Positions 24,066 to 36,010 of a stretch of DNA of 64,000 nt are shown piece after piece. Below the pieces are notes generated by a model that did no database searches, was not told where the DNA came from, and saw nothing but the letters and a program-made list of their open reading frames with translations. Each line of letters begins with the position of its first letter. Position 1 is the stretch's first letter. The stretch comes from Selaginella moellendorffii (Eukaryota > Plantae > Lycopodiophyta). The position numbers and the translations under genes are program-made. The DNA lies in the NCBI RefSeq assembly GCF_000143415.4, contig NW_003314324.1, positions 757,379 through 821,378 of the forward strand, written 5' to 3'.

Positions 24066-25974
24066 TGTGAGACACAAAATCCCTAGGCCCCAAAGTGGAG
24101 CTGGAAAGGGTGCCACGTGGTAGTGGCCGAAGTGAAAGCTAAACGAGCGTAACACGTTTGGACTAAAAGCTCCGACTTGAAAGGTCGAGAGCGGGAGTGG
24201 AACTCCCAACAAAGTGCTCAAGGAGCGAGCACAAAGCGAGCAATAAGCAAGGCTCCAAAAAGGGACCCAAAAAGGACCAACACATGACACGTGGAAGTGT
24301 CCGAGATGGAGTCCGAGACGGACCCTAGTTGGAGTCCGAGATGGACCCGAAGTGGAGTCCGATATGGAGTCCGAAGTGGAGTCCGAGATGGAGTCCAATA
24401 TGGAGCCTGAGATGGACCCGAGATGGAGTCCGAGGTGGAGTCCGAGGTGGACCGAGACGGAGTCCGAGATGGACCCGAGATGGAGTCCGAGATGGACCGA
24501 GATGGAGTCTGAGATGGAGTCCGAGATGGAGTCTGAGATGGAGTCCGAGATGGAGTCCGAGAAGGACCCGAGATGGAGTCCGAGGTCGAGACCGAGACCG
24601 GGACCGAGACCGAGACCGGGACCAAGACCGGGACCGAGACCGAGACCGAGGCCAAGGCTGAGACCGAGCCCAAGCCTGAGTCGGAGTCTGAGTCCGAGTC
24701 CGAGTCTGAGTCCGAGTCTGAGTCCGAGTCCGAGTTCGAGTCTGAGAGGGTGAAAGCCCAAAGCGTTCGTCTCCCAGACCCTGGGGGGTTTGGTGAGCTC
24801 CAAAAGTATAGTAAGGGGGAGGACTGCAGTGGAGCCAGTTTGGCCAGGAAAGGCCAGTTTGGCCCCGGAAGGCCAGACCCAGTGTTGGGTGATGAATTGA
24901 CCACTGGGAAGTCCAAGACTAGAGTGAATACGGACCGACAAGTGGGGTAGCTTGGTGAAGTGTTCAAGAGCCGGCTCTAGTTCCCCCGGGAGATCGACTG
25001 GCCGATGCTCCCAGTCCAAGTGTGGGTGGCACTACCTACTTGGATACCAGGCGTGGCTCAACAGAACCTCGCTCTAAGCCCATGGCTAGAGCACCTAAAG
25101 GCGATAGGTGGGGAGAGTACCCAGGTGGCTCGCGTAAGGCCACGGTGTTCCGAAATGTCGTCCCAAAGGCCCAGACTGTGGAAAGGAAGAGGAGCAGTCC
25201 TCTGGGGTAGTGACCAAGGACACAGTCATGTGGTGAGGAAGTCCCAGAGGACCGTGGGACTTAGTGGTCGGGCCTGTGGGCCTCGATCCAGTGGCAGTGT
25301 TGGCAAACACGGCCAGGGGCAGAAAGGGACTTGGTAGGAACTAACAAAGGGACTTTGGGGAAGGCGATTCCCCAGGTCTGTGGGCATCCTAAGGATGCTA
25401 AGGAGTGGATCCAGGATGACCACTCGTGGACACATGGCCCAGTCTTGGAGAGACGAGGTGGTGATGCAAGTTGTGTTGGACCACTAGTGCAGCAAAGGTG
25501 AATGGGCATGGCCTTAGCGTAATGGGCCGAGATGTCAGTGGTACCTTTGGGTGTCGGTCTTGGGACTGGACATGTGGAGCATTTGGATCAAGTGCAAGAG
25601 TTGAGTGGCATGGATGCCATTCTCGGGACTAGCAAGTCCCAAGTTCGGTCCCAAGACCAAACACGAGGAGCACTTGGACCAGGTGCAAGTGTTGAGTGGC
25701 ATGGATGCCATTCTTGGGGCTAGCAAGTCCCAAGTCCTGAATTGGATTGATGGAGGTTGTGAATGAGACTCCTCCAAGTGGTCGGAGGTGTGGTTAAGTG
25801 ACTAAAGTAGAATGGAAAAATTGGTGCAAGTGTTGAGTGGCATGGATGCCATTCTTGGGGCTAGCAAGTCCCAAGTCCTGAATTGGACTGATGGAGGTTG
25901 TGAATGAGACTCCTCCAAGTGGTCGGAGGTGTGGTTAAGTGACTAAAGTAGAATGGAAAAATTAGTCGCTTACA
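24066..25974 (+). mobile_element. Solo LTR of family C
   Basis: TGTGAGAC..GCTTACA flanked by TSD ACTAA on both sides. Homologous to the LTRs at 26901 and 32711, with extra internal duplications near the 3' end (~25570-25960). Confidence 0.92.
24300..24745 (+). repeat. LTR-internal tandem array, solo LTR copy
   Basis: GAGATGGAGTCC/GAGATGGACCC units, then GAGACC and GAGTCC/GAGTCT hexamers. Confidence 0.9.
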
Positions 25975-27132
25975 ACTAATTGCCCAATCTCATTGGATAG
26001 TACTCACCGAGACTCATCCTTTGATACCAAATGTGGTTTTTACTCTTTATCCTATGGTGATTTACCATAGGATAACACCACGAAGCAGAACCTAAACCCT
26101 CTTTGTGCCACGTGACAGATGCCACATGTCATATGCCACGTGTCCAAAGGACAGTGGTGTGGAACCCGAGGTTCATGGCCTTGGGCCACTGAAAAAAGGA
26201 ACGGTGCCAAACTCCCAAGCATGGAGCCAAGGAGTGATGGAACTGAACCATAGAGAAACTCTCGAGCATACAGCCCAAGGAGCGAGGGGATAAGAGCCCG
26301 GAGCGACTTGGAACAGTCCTGGAGCAACTAGCATCCTAATGTCAGGATCAGCATGCAAAACGGAGCCAAATGGAGTCTGGCACTATTTTGGCATACTGGT
26401 GGCTTAACGTGAGGACATGGGTACTCCACTAGCTAGCATGGAATGGAACTTGGGCTTAGACCCAAGCTGGACGCAGAACAAGGACAAGCACGCAAGCAGG
26501 AGCTAAACTATGCCTCAGGTTGGTCGGCCATGCCTGACCTACCCACTGTCCCTACTATACATTTGGAACCCCGCATAGCCCCCTTGAAGAACACATGCTT
26601 TGGGCCAAGCCTCCCTTAGTATCAGGAGTTAGTCTCTGGGACAAGCTCAAAACTTACTAAATATGAAATGTTCCTAGATTGCGAATTTGGACACGGGATG
26701 AACACCATTGTGTTCAGAACAATCTCTACAGTCCGTAAATATGCCAAATGAGCAAATCTGGACACTTTCCATAAATAACATTTGGGATCAAAATGAGACT
26801 AACACAAAGGGCATGATAACGAGGGTGTTTAGCAGACACGGTAAGCTATCATCTAGCGATGTTGAGGGACCAATCTCAATATCACGGGGATTCTTGATAC
26901 TGTGAGACACAAAATCCCTAGGCCCCAAAGTGGAGCCGGAAGGGCGCCACATGGTAGTGGCCGAAGCGAGAGCCAAACGAGCGTAACACGTTTGGACCAA
27001 AAGCTCCGACTTGAAAAGTCAAGAGCGGGAGTGGAACTCCCAACGAAGTGCTCGAGGAACGAGCACGAAGCGAGCAAAAGGCGAGGCTCCAAAAAGGGAC
27101 CCAAAAGGACCAACACATGACACGTGGGAGTG

Positions 27133-27504
27133 TCCGAGATGGAGTCCGAGATGGACCCGAGATGGAGTCCGAGATGGAGTCCGAGATGGAGTCCGAGATG
27201 GACCCGAGATAGACCCGAAATGGAGTCCGAGATGGACCCGAAATGGAGTCCGAGATGGAGTCCGAGATGGACCCGAGATGGAGTCCGAGATGGAGTCCGA
27301 GATGGACCCGAGATAGACCCGAAATGGAGTCCGAGATGGAGTCCGAGATGGACCCGAAATGGAGTCCGAGATGGAGTCCGAGATGGACCCGAGATGGAGT
27401 CCGAGATGGAGTCCGAGATGGACCCGAGATGGACCCGAGATGGAGTCCGAGATGGAGTCCGAGATGGAGTCCGAGATGGAGTCCGAAGTCGAGACCGAGA
27501 CCGG

Positions 27505-27536
<32 letters not shown>

Positions 27537-27655
27537 TCGGGACCGAGACCGAGACCGAGGCCGAGGCCGAGACCGAGCCCGAGCCCGAGTCCGAGTCCGA
27601 ATCCGAATCCGAGTCCGAGTCCGAGTCCGAGTCCGAGTCCGAGTCCGAGTCCGGA
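27133..27655 (+). repeat. LTR-internal tandem array, 5' LTR copy
   Basis: (GAGATGGAGTCC / GAGATGGACCC)n, then (GAGACC)n, GAGGCC, GAGCCC and (GAGTCC)n. Confidence 0.92.
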
Positions 27656-30600
27656 GCCTGAGAGGGTGAAAGCCCAAAGCGTTCGTCTCCCAGACCCTGG
27701 GGGGTTTGGTGAGCTCCAAAAGTATAGTAGGGGGAGGACTGCAGTGGAGCTAGTTTGGCCAGGAAAGGCCAGTTTGGCCCAGGAAGGCCAGACCCAGTGT
27801 TGGGTGATGAACTGACCACTGGGAAGTCCAAGACTAGAGTGAATACGGACCGACAAGCGGGGTAGTTTGGTGAAGTGTTCAAGAGCCGGCTCTAGTTCCC
27901 CCGGGAGATCGATTGGCCGATGCTCCCAGTCCAAGTGTGGGTGGCACTACCTACTTGGATACCAGGCGTGGCTCAACGGAACCTCACTCTAAGCCCATGG
28001 CTAGAGCACCTAAAGGCGATAGGTGGGGAGAGTACCCAGGTGGCTCGCGTAAGGCCACGGTGTTCCGAAATGTCGTCCCAAAGGCCCAGACTGTGGAAAG
28101 GAAGAGGAGCAGTCCTCTGGGGTAGTGACCAAGGACACAGTCGTGTGGTGAGGAAGTCCCAGAGGACCGTGGGGCTTAGTGGTCAGGCCTGTGGGCCTCG
28201 ATCCAGTGGCAGTGTTGGCAAACACGGCCAGGGGCAGAAAGGGACTTGGTAGGAACTGACAAAGGGACTTTGGGGAAGGCAATTCCCCAGGTCTGTGGGC
28301 ATCCTAAGGATGCTAAGGAGTGGATCTAGGATGACCACTCGTGGACACATGGCCCAGTCTTGGAGAGACGAGGTGGTGATGCAAGTGGTGTTGAACCACT
28401 AGTGCAGCAAAGGTGAATGGGCATGGCCTTAGCATAACGGGCCGAGATGTCAGTGGTACCTTTGGGTGTCGGTCTCAGGACCGGACACGTGGAGCACTTG
28501 GACCAAGTGCAAGTGTTGAATGGCATGGATGCCATTCTTGGGGCTAGCAAGTCCCAAGTCCTGAATTGGACTAATGGAGGTTGTGAATGAGACTCCTCCA
28601 AGTGGTCGGAGGTGTGGTTAAGTGACTAAAGTAGAATGGAAAAATTAGTCGCTTACAATTTGGTATCGGAGCTGTTCCTTAGTCCGACTTTTATTGGTGC
28701 TCAAGTATATCACCACTAGTGTTGGCATCGGAAGGTCCGAGGAGTGGGCCTATCCTTGAGGAGTAGCAAGTCTGGAAGACATGGCTCTCCATTACAGTTC
28801 ATGTGTGAACTTGTAGACGAGGTGGTGGATAGAAAAGGGCCAATAATGGAACGACTTTGGGATCTTGGGAACAGTGCAAGGTTTTCCTCATTGAGTTGAG
28901 GATGTGATCCGGATGAGCATTTGTCTCAGCAAATTGACTTAGGTTGTTGTGGTAAACAACTAAAGTTGGGATCACGGGAAAGATAGAGACTCCAAAATAA
29001 TAAAGGAGTCACAAGATTATCCTCATATAGTTGAGGTTGGTGCTCATAAATGTGAGACCAAAGGTAATGACCGTGGAAGGTCAAATACGGAAGAGGACTC
29101 AAGTCCTTGAAATGGTGGCCGGGGCTACCTCTAATAAATGCTGGAACAACCCAAGGAGTTGGGGGTGTATTAAGTGGATGAGTTGGTATTCTCATCACAT
29201 GGACAAGTAGTCCTAAGGGGCAAAGGTTGCCCCCAGAGAACAAAATCAAGTGTCGGAGTAACACTTGTGAAAATAGTCCTTTTGAGTAGGACCGGAATGC
29301 AAGATGTGTATTCCAGTGAGCTAGTGCCTCACAAGTAGGACCTTACGGGTCGGTGGATTAACCAAGTCCAAAACTGCTAGACGACTCAAGTAGAGTCCTA
29401 AAAAGGACTGAATGAAGCATTTGGACTGAGGTGCGTTGTACCCCACAAAGGATGGGGGGGGATCATAGGATCCAAGGATGAGAACAGAGAGTATCTCATC
29501 GATGGCAAAATGTGCCATGCTAAAGTTATGGGAAAGGTGTTCCCAGAAGAAAACAACTTTGACATAAAGTTGTGTGTGACCTCTATGGGGCAGTGCTAAT
29601 AGATGGTTGGCATGAGAAAGAGCGGTGTTGGTCTTGGCAAAGACTTAGACACGAAGGGAAATGTCATAGAGGTAGGCTCGTGGAGCCGATGGTGTGGAGA
29701 CACCAAATGTGCCAAGGTGTGATACCTTGAGGCTATGTTGGTGGGTTCATGAGAACCCCTTGCCAAAGGAATCCCAATGGAAATGGGAATGGCATAGCTT
29801 AAGCTGCAGAGCATGCAGTTGGAGTGTGGTGACCCAGATAGTGATGGAGGTGTGAAAGCACCAAGCAATGAGTTGTAGGACTTGACAACTATGAGGCAAC
29901 TAAGCAAGAGGTGCAAAATAACTGATTAAACGAGTAGAAGGTAGCTACCCAAGACTTCTAGTATAGGGAAGTCGAATATACCCTTACGGGGGATAAGTTT
30001 CTTATGTTGCGATATAGTAAGTCAATGTCATAAAAGGAAATACTCATTGTCAAGAAAGCCATCATTGGGACACCCGAACACTCTAGAACACCAGAAGGTG
30101 GTGTTTGATATCGCGAGGGCAATGGATAAAGCCCAAGGGACTAAGTCCCTAGCGAATGATGGATAGAAGGTGCTATCCAAATGTCCAAGGTTGCGAAGAC
30201 AGGAGAGGACTGTCTACCCAAGTTGGACAAAGCCAAAAATGGAATTTTGGCAAGGCTAGTGATGGGCATGTAAAGGCCCATAAGCAACAATGTAACCCCA
30301 GTGTGTGGGATTATAAGCTGAGCATACCCGGATTGAGGAACCACTCCCTGGGCTATTGGGTAGGTTCATCCCTAAGAATACTTGCTAAGGCATGATAGAA
30401 AGTGCAAAGCTATCCTCTTGGTCTGGAGGAGAATGACCGAAGGAAAGGTGTGAAGCCAAAGGCAAGTAGTGTTGGGATGGAACTGAACCATAGAAATCAA
30501 AGGGCATATCCAACAGTGGTTATGAAAGTTGGGAGTGGAGAATCAAGAGGGTGCTCGAGGATGTTGTTGCTAGCAACCGTGATGCCATGGAGAGTCTAAA

Positions 30601-32942
30601 ATATGGAATTGTCCATGTTAGACTATATGGCAACTATAAAGCTTGCGAAAGGGGAGGCCTTAGCAAGCTGAGGGACAGAGTTCCTTCAAAGTTCCCAAAG
30701 ACGATTCTAGGTAGCGTAGTACCTAGAAAGGCCAAGTGTAAATGGTTCATGGAACGCGCGAAATTAGAGTGGCGCAGCAGAAGCGTGGTCTTGAAGCTTG
30801 CCATGAGGCAAGGTTATCAAGGTTAGGGAAGTAGTTCCCGAGTGTTCAAAGAGAGGGCTTTGAACGAAAGTCGATGGTCAAGGACTTTCACGCTTACGCA
30901 GGAACCATGTTACAATGGTCGGAGGACTTGCCAAGTGAGATTGGCACGTCGGGGGAACAAAGACCCTAGTTGAAGGTGATATCTTCAAAAAAGGGTGGGC
31001 CAGGGGGCCGAGCATGGAGGAGTCCATGCATGATCATAGACAAGTCAAGTGAGAGGACTTGGCAGTGTGGAGGAACTAGGTTCCTAAGCTGTGATCTGTA
31101 GCGCGCTTTAAAAATAGGTTGGTGCACCGGCGTGGGGAGCCACGCCAGGCATCTAGTGTGATGCCGTCCGTAGATGCATATACGGAGGTTGGGTTCGAGT
31201 CCCGACCCTCTAGTGCTTGGGTTCGAGTCCCAAATCACTAAGGCGTGGTGATGGTTTGGAATATGAGGACACTCATATTTCGGTGGTCATGGACTCTCAG
31301 TGGGGAGACTGGTTTGGGCACACCGCCAAGCGAGGGATGCCTCGGAGTCGTGATGCACGGTTAGATTGCTTAGTGTGAAAGCTCAGCATATCTAACTTGA
31401 ACACTTTGGTGCAAGTGGCACCAAGGTCGTGGTGAGTGAGATGGGGACACCTAATCTCAGTTGCTATGAACCCTTGGCCGTAAGGGCTAGCTTGGGTGCA
31501 CTGCCAAGTGTGGGGGATGCCCCCGGGGTTATAGTCAACAACTTGGAGGTCTAGAAAACCAAGTACCTCTTGGCAACTCTGTTAAGGTGCCAAGGTGAGA
31601 TCACTAGGTGATCTTATGGCCAGATAAGGACAAGGTCCTTGGTTGGCTAAGGAATGAAGTTCCTGGTTCAAAATGTTGAAATTGAACTGTTTAAGGTGGT
31701 GTGGCTTGGTCGTGATAACCAAGTGGGAAGAGCACCTAAGGGAAATAAACTATGTCCGTGCGATGGCATAATGAGTTCGAGGAAAGTAGTCTCTATAAAA
31801 GACCCATGGGAGGGTCACGAAGTTGGGCCGTGGATAGAGCCCATAGCAGAAGATGCTAAAGAGACGTACTAGGGGTGAACGTCCTCCGGACTTGGCAAAG
31901 AAGAGTCTTTGCTATGGAACCAAAACAATACCTCAAGGAGGGAGGTAGAGATTCGATGTTGCTTGGTGCAACAATCAACGGATAGGAGCAAAGGACTAGT
32001 GGCCAAAGTTTGGGCCATGGAATTTAATGGAAGGGATCCAAATGGCAAAGTTAGCCAAGGAACACTAATGTGTTCGATGCTAACAGCTTGTGGGAAAGGA
32101 AGCGGACTTTCAAGGACGGATTCCTAAGTGCTCCAATTTGGCGAAGTAAAGGCTCCAAGTGAGGGAGCGGTAAGGTAGCCAAATGATAGGGCCATGGACA
32201 GCCCTAGCACAAAGTATGATAAATGGAACTTAGTGCCCAAGGTGGCACGAAATAGAAAAGAGGATGATGGTGCCCTCAAGTAATGAACTTCCTAGGATAG
32301 GGAAGTGGAGTTGCACAATCTGTGCAATGCAGGGTGTTGGAGACACCTAGGAAATTGACTCCCAAAAAGTCAAAAGAGTAAAAGTTCCAAGGTGCAAACA
32401 TTCAATAGATGGAAATTGAGACTACTCGAGAAGGAGTAATGGGATTGACTTAGAGAAGGGTCTCTAAGAGGTTTAGCAAGAACTAAACCAATAAAAGGGG
32501 AGAACCATTACATGTGGTCCAATCAGTCTCTAAGTTGGAGAGACTACGCTCCTTAAAGGATGGACAAGGCATGGTGAGCCTTTGATATCAAACCATAGAC
32601 AAAGATTGGCTAGGTGCCAAGGATGGAAATGGTAACACGTGTGGGTGTTACTTTATGAAAGGGTTTACCGTTCGATGAGGACATCGAACTTCGTCTATGG
32701 GTGGTGGAGTTGTGAGACACAAAATCCCTAGGCCCCAAAGTGGAGCCGGAAGGGCACCACATGGTAGTGGCCGAAGCGAGAGCCAAACGAGCGTAACACG
32801 TTTGGACCAAAAGCTCCGACTTGAAAAGTCAAGAGCGGGAGTGGAACTCCCAACGAAGTGCTCGAGGAACGAGCACGAAGCGAGCAAGAGGCGAGGCTCC
32901 AAAAAGGGACCCAAAAGGACCAACACATGACACGTGGGAGTG

Positions 32943-33223
32943 TCCGAGATGGAGTCCGAGATGGACCCGAGATGGAGTCCGAGATGGATTCCGAGATGGA
33001 GTCCGAGATGGACCCGAGATAGACCCGAAATGGAGTCCGAGATGGAGTCCGAGATGGACCCGAAATGGAGTCCGAGATGGAGTCCGAGATGGACCCGAGA
33101 TGGAGTCCGAGATGGAGTCCGAGATGGAGTCCGAGATGGAGTCCGAGATGGACCCGAGATGGAGTCCGAGATGGAGTCCGAGATGGAGTCCGAGATGGAG
33201 TCCGAAGTCGAGACCGAGACCGG

Positions 33224-33261
<38 letters not shown>

Positions 33262-33380
33262 TCGGGACCGAGACCGAGACCGAGGCCGAGGCCGAGACCG
33301 AGCCCGAGCCCGAGTCCGAGTCCGAATCCGAATCCGAGTCCGAGTCCGAGTCCGAGTCCGAGTCCGAGTCCGAGTCCGGA
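32943..33380 (+). repeat. LTR-internal tandem array, 3' LTR copy (shorter)
   Basis: Same unit order as 27133-27655 with fewer 11/12-mers. Confidence 0.92.
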
Positions 33381-34889
33381 GCCTGAGAGGGTGAAAGCCC
33401 AAAGCGTTCGTCTCCCAGACCCTGGGGGGTTTGGTGAGCTCCAAAAGTATAGTAGGGGGAGGACTGCAGTGGAGCCAGTTTGGCCAGGAAAGGCCAGTTT
33501 GGCCCAGGAAGGCCAGACCCAGTGTTGGGTGATGAACTGACCACTGGGAAGTCCAAGACTAGAGTGAATACGGACCGACAAGCGGGGTAGCTTGGTGAAG
33601 TGTTCAAGAGCCGGCTCTAGTTCCCCCGGGAGATCGACTGGCCGATGCTCCCAGTCCAAGTGTGGGTGGCACTACCTACTTGGATACCAGGCGTGGCTCA
33701 ACGGAACCTCGCTCTAAGCCCATGGCTAGAGCACCTAAAGGCGATAGGTGGGGAGAGTACCCAGGTGGCTCGCGTAAGGCCACGGTGTTCCGAAATGTCG
33801 TCCCAAAGGCCCAGACTGTGGAAAGGAAGAGGAGCAGTCCTCTGGGGTAGTGACCAAGGACACAGTCGTGTGGTGAGGAAGTCCCAGAGGACCGTGGGGC
33901 TTAGTGGTCGGGCCTGTGGGCCTCAATCCAGTGGCAGTGTTGGCAAACACGGCCAGGGGCAGAAAGGGACTTGGTAGGAACTGACAAAGGGACTTTGGGG
34001 AAGGCAATTCCCCAGGTCTGTGGGCATCCTAAGGATGCTAAGGAGTGGATCTAGGATGACCACTCGTGGACACATGGCCCAGTCTTGGAGAGACGAGGTG
34101 GTGATGCAAGTGGTGTTGAACCACTAGTGCAGCAAAGGTGAATGGGCATGGCCTTAGCGTAACGGGCCGAGATGTCAGTGGTACCTTTGGGTGTCGGTCT
34201 CAGGACCGGACACGTGGAGCACTTGGACCAGGTGCAAGTGTTGAGTGGCATGGATGCCATTCTTGGGGCTAGCAAGTCCCAAGTCCTGAATTGGACTAAT
34301 GGAGGTTGTGAATGAGACTCCTCCAAGTGGTCGGAGGTGTGGTTAAGTGACTAAAGTAGAATGGAAAAATTAGTCGCTTACAGATACTAGTAAGTGCAAG
34401 CCAATGACTCAAGTTTCTCAAACCAGGCCGAGTATGCTCAGCAAGAAACACATAGGGTTCCTACCTTATGTTTATCCAATCTAAGTGCATGGTCATTGCC
34501 CAGTTTCTCAACTAATTCAAGTGGGAACTGATAATGGGTCCAGCAATACCGACTTCCTGCCGTCGTGGCAGTAAAGAAAGAATATTCAAAAGGACTGATT
34601 GACAGGTAACTTTCGATACCTGAAGTCACATTCGCGACAGTTATATTGTTCAAAGTATTTTATAGCAAAATATCTCATATTATTCTGTTTTTTTTTTGAA
34701 TAAAGTTCTTTATAGTATAAAGTCCCTTATTATCTAAGCCTTTGTCACATTTTCTTCTTTAAATTTTTTTATTTCTAAATTGATAATTGCTAAAAGTTCT
34801 TCTTTCTATATTTATTTATTTATTTATAATTTTATTTTATTCTTTTATCAATACTTTTATTTTGCCTCAAAATTTTAATTTTTTTTTCT

Positions 34890-36010
34890 AACATGAGGGG
34901 GTAGAGAGGATAGATAAAAGTTTCGCCCTAATGATAAAATATATATGATTAATAAATAGTAATGAAGTGAGGTTGAATAACATAGATTATAAAGTAATGA
35001 TAAATGTGGTGAGTCCAAACAAACAAATTCAAATGGAGTTTAAATTTTTTCTCCTTTTGAGAATAGAGATATAGAAAAAGAATGAAGCAAATTTAATTTT
35101 TAATCTATAATACTAGACAACGATGATAGTTGTTAATCTAAGTTAATATAAAACTCGGAAGGTGACTTATAGTAAGATATAAAGATAAATTGTGTAGTAT
35201 ATGTGATCATAAAAGAGAGAGATAGAATGTATTATATGTGGTATTAAAAAAATGTCATGAGTTCAATTCTCATTGATTAATAGTTATTTCAAATATTTTT
35301 CTATTTCATGAGATATGGTGCACTACAGGTTCAAATAATAGTTATAAATGTGAGACCATCTTACAGGTTCAAATAATAATTATAAATTTGAGTTCACAAT
35401 GGTCTCAAAAGTAAGTTGAAGTGATAATTATAAATTAGTTGAATGGCAATATAAGTTCAAATGATAGGTATAAGTTTAAATGATGGTTATAAATGTTAAT
35501 TCACGATAGTCTCAGAAGTAAGTTGAAATGATGGTTATAAGTTAATTGAATGGTAATGTAAAGATTAAATTTATCATTTATTACAAAGGTGTAATGAATT
35601 GCAATTACTCTCAAAATCTCTTTTTATTATTCAAAATTTTAAATTTTAAATTAATTTGAGGATTTTGCAGTTTTTCATTGAGTTATAGTTTATTCCTTAG
35701 GATTTTGTAATTAACTAATATTTTTGCCATAGTTTTAGGTTTTTATTTTTACTATAGTTATTAGCAATTATATTAATTGGTATTCCATCAATTTTAACTT
35801 CCTCAAAATTTCTTATTTTCTAAAGAGACTTTTTCATTTTCTAAAAATGTTTTAGAGGGGAGGATGGTAAATTTTATAAATATATATATTACCTTACCTA
35901 ATTAATACAATCTTTTTCATTTTCTAGAGGGGAGGATAGTAAATATATATATATTACCTTATCTATTTAACACACTAATTATAGTAGTATAACATATAAA
36001 CTGGGATTGA
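34890..36010 (+). mobile_element. Heavily decayed second copy of the family A 3' part
   Basis: GAGGGGGTAGAGAGGATAGAT at ~34895 matches ~17840. The PPT TAGAGGGGAGGAT.G plus LTR start occurs twice (~35852 and ~35925). Confidence 0.55.

Larger units (their letters stand above)
26901..34382 (+). mobile_element. LARD-like non-autonomous LTR retrotransposon (family C, 7.48 kb)
   Basis: LTRs at 26901-28657 and 32711-34382, TSD GATAC, PBS TGGTATCGGAGC at 28661, PPT GGGTGGTGGAGT at ~32699-32710. The 4.05 kb interior has no ORF over ~110 aa and no gag/pol motif I could recognise. Confidence 0.92.
18986..34440 (-). mobile_element. Degenerate LTR retroelement (family B) carrying three nested insertions; outer boundaries approximate
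   Basis: LTR-homologous blocks at 18986-~20013 and 26032-~26327. Minus-strand PBS TGGTATCAAAGG at ~26018-26029. The interior 20040-24060 has no long ORF. The left copy has a 64 bp tandem duplication at 19081-19208. Confidence 0.6.

Noticed and set aside
31129-31212. Complete tRNA gene
   Set aside because: A T-arm is present but there is no acceptor stem, D-arm or anticodon arm geometry.
24300-33380. CRISPR-like appearance of the repeat arrays
   Set aside because: No unique spacers, no cas genes, and a eukaryotic LTR context.
24039-33659. Long RS/DS/LG/ES-repeat ORFs resembling SR or Sdr proteins
   Set aside because: They are translations of the stop-poor LTR satellite, open in several frames on both strands and repeated in each LTR.
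26901-34382. Retrozyme (hammerhead-bearing LTR element)
   Set aside because: I saw no CUGAUGA..GAAA core with flanking stems in the LTRs by eye. An Infernal search would be needed to exclude it fully.
24066-34382. Single three-LTR tandem element
   Set aside because: The solo LTR and the full element have different TSDs and are separated by family B sequence.
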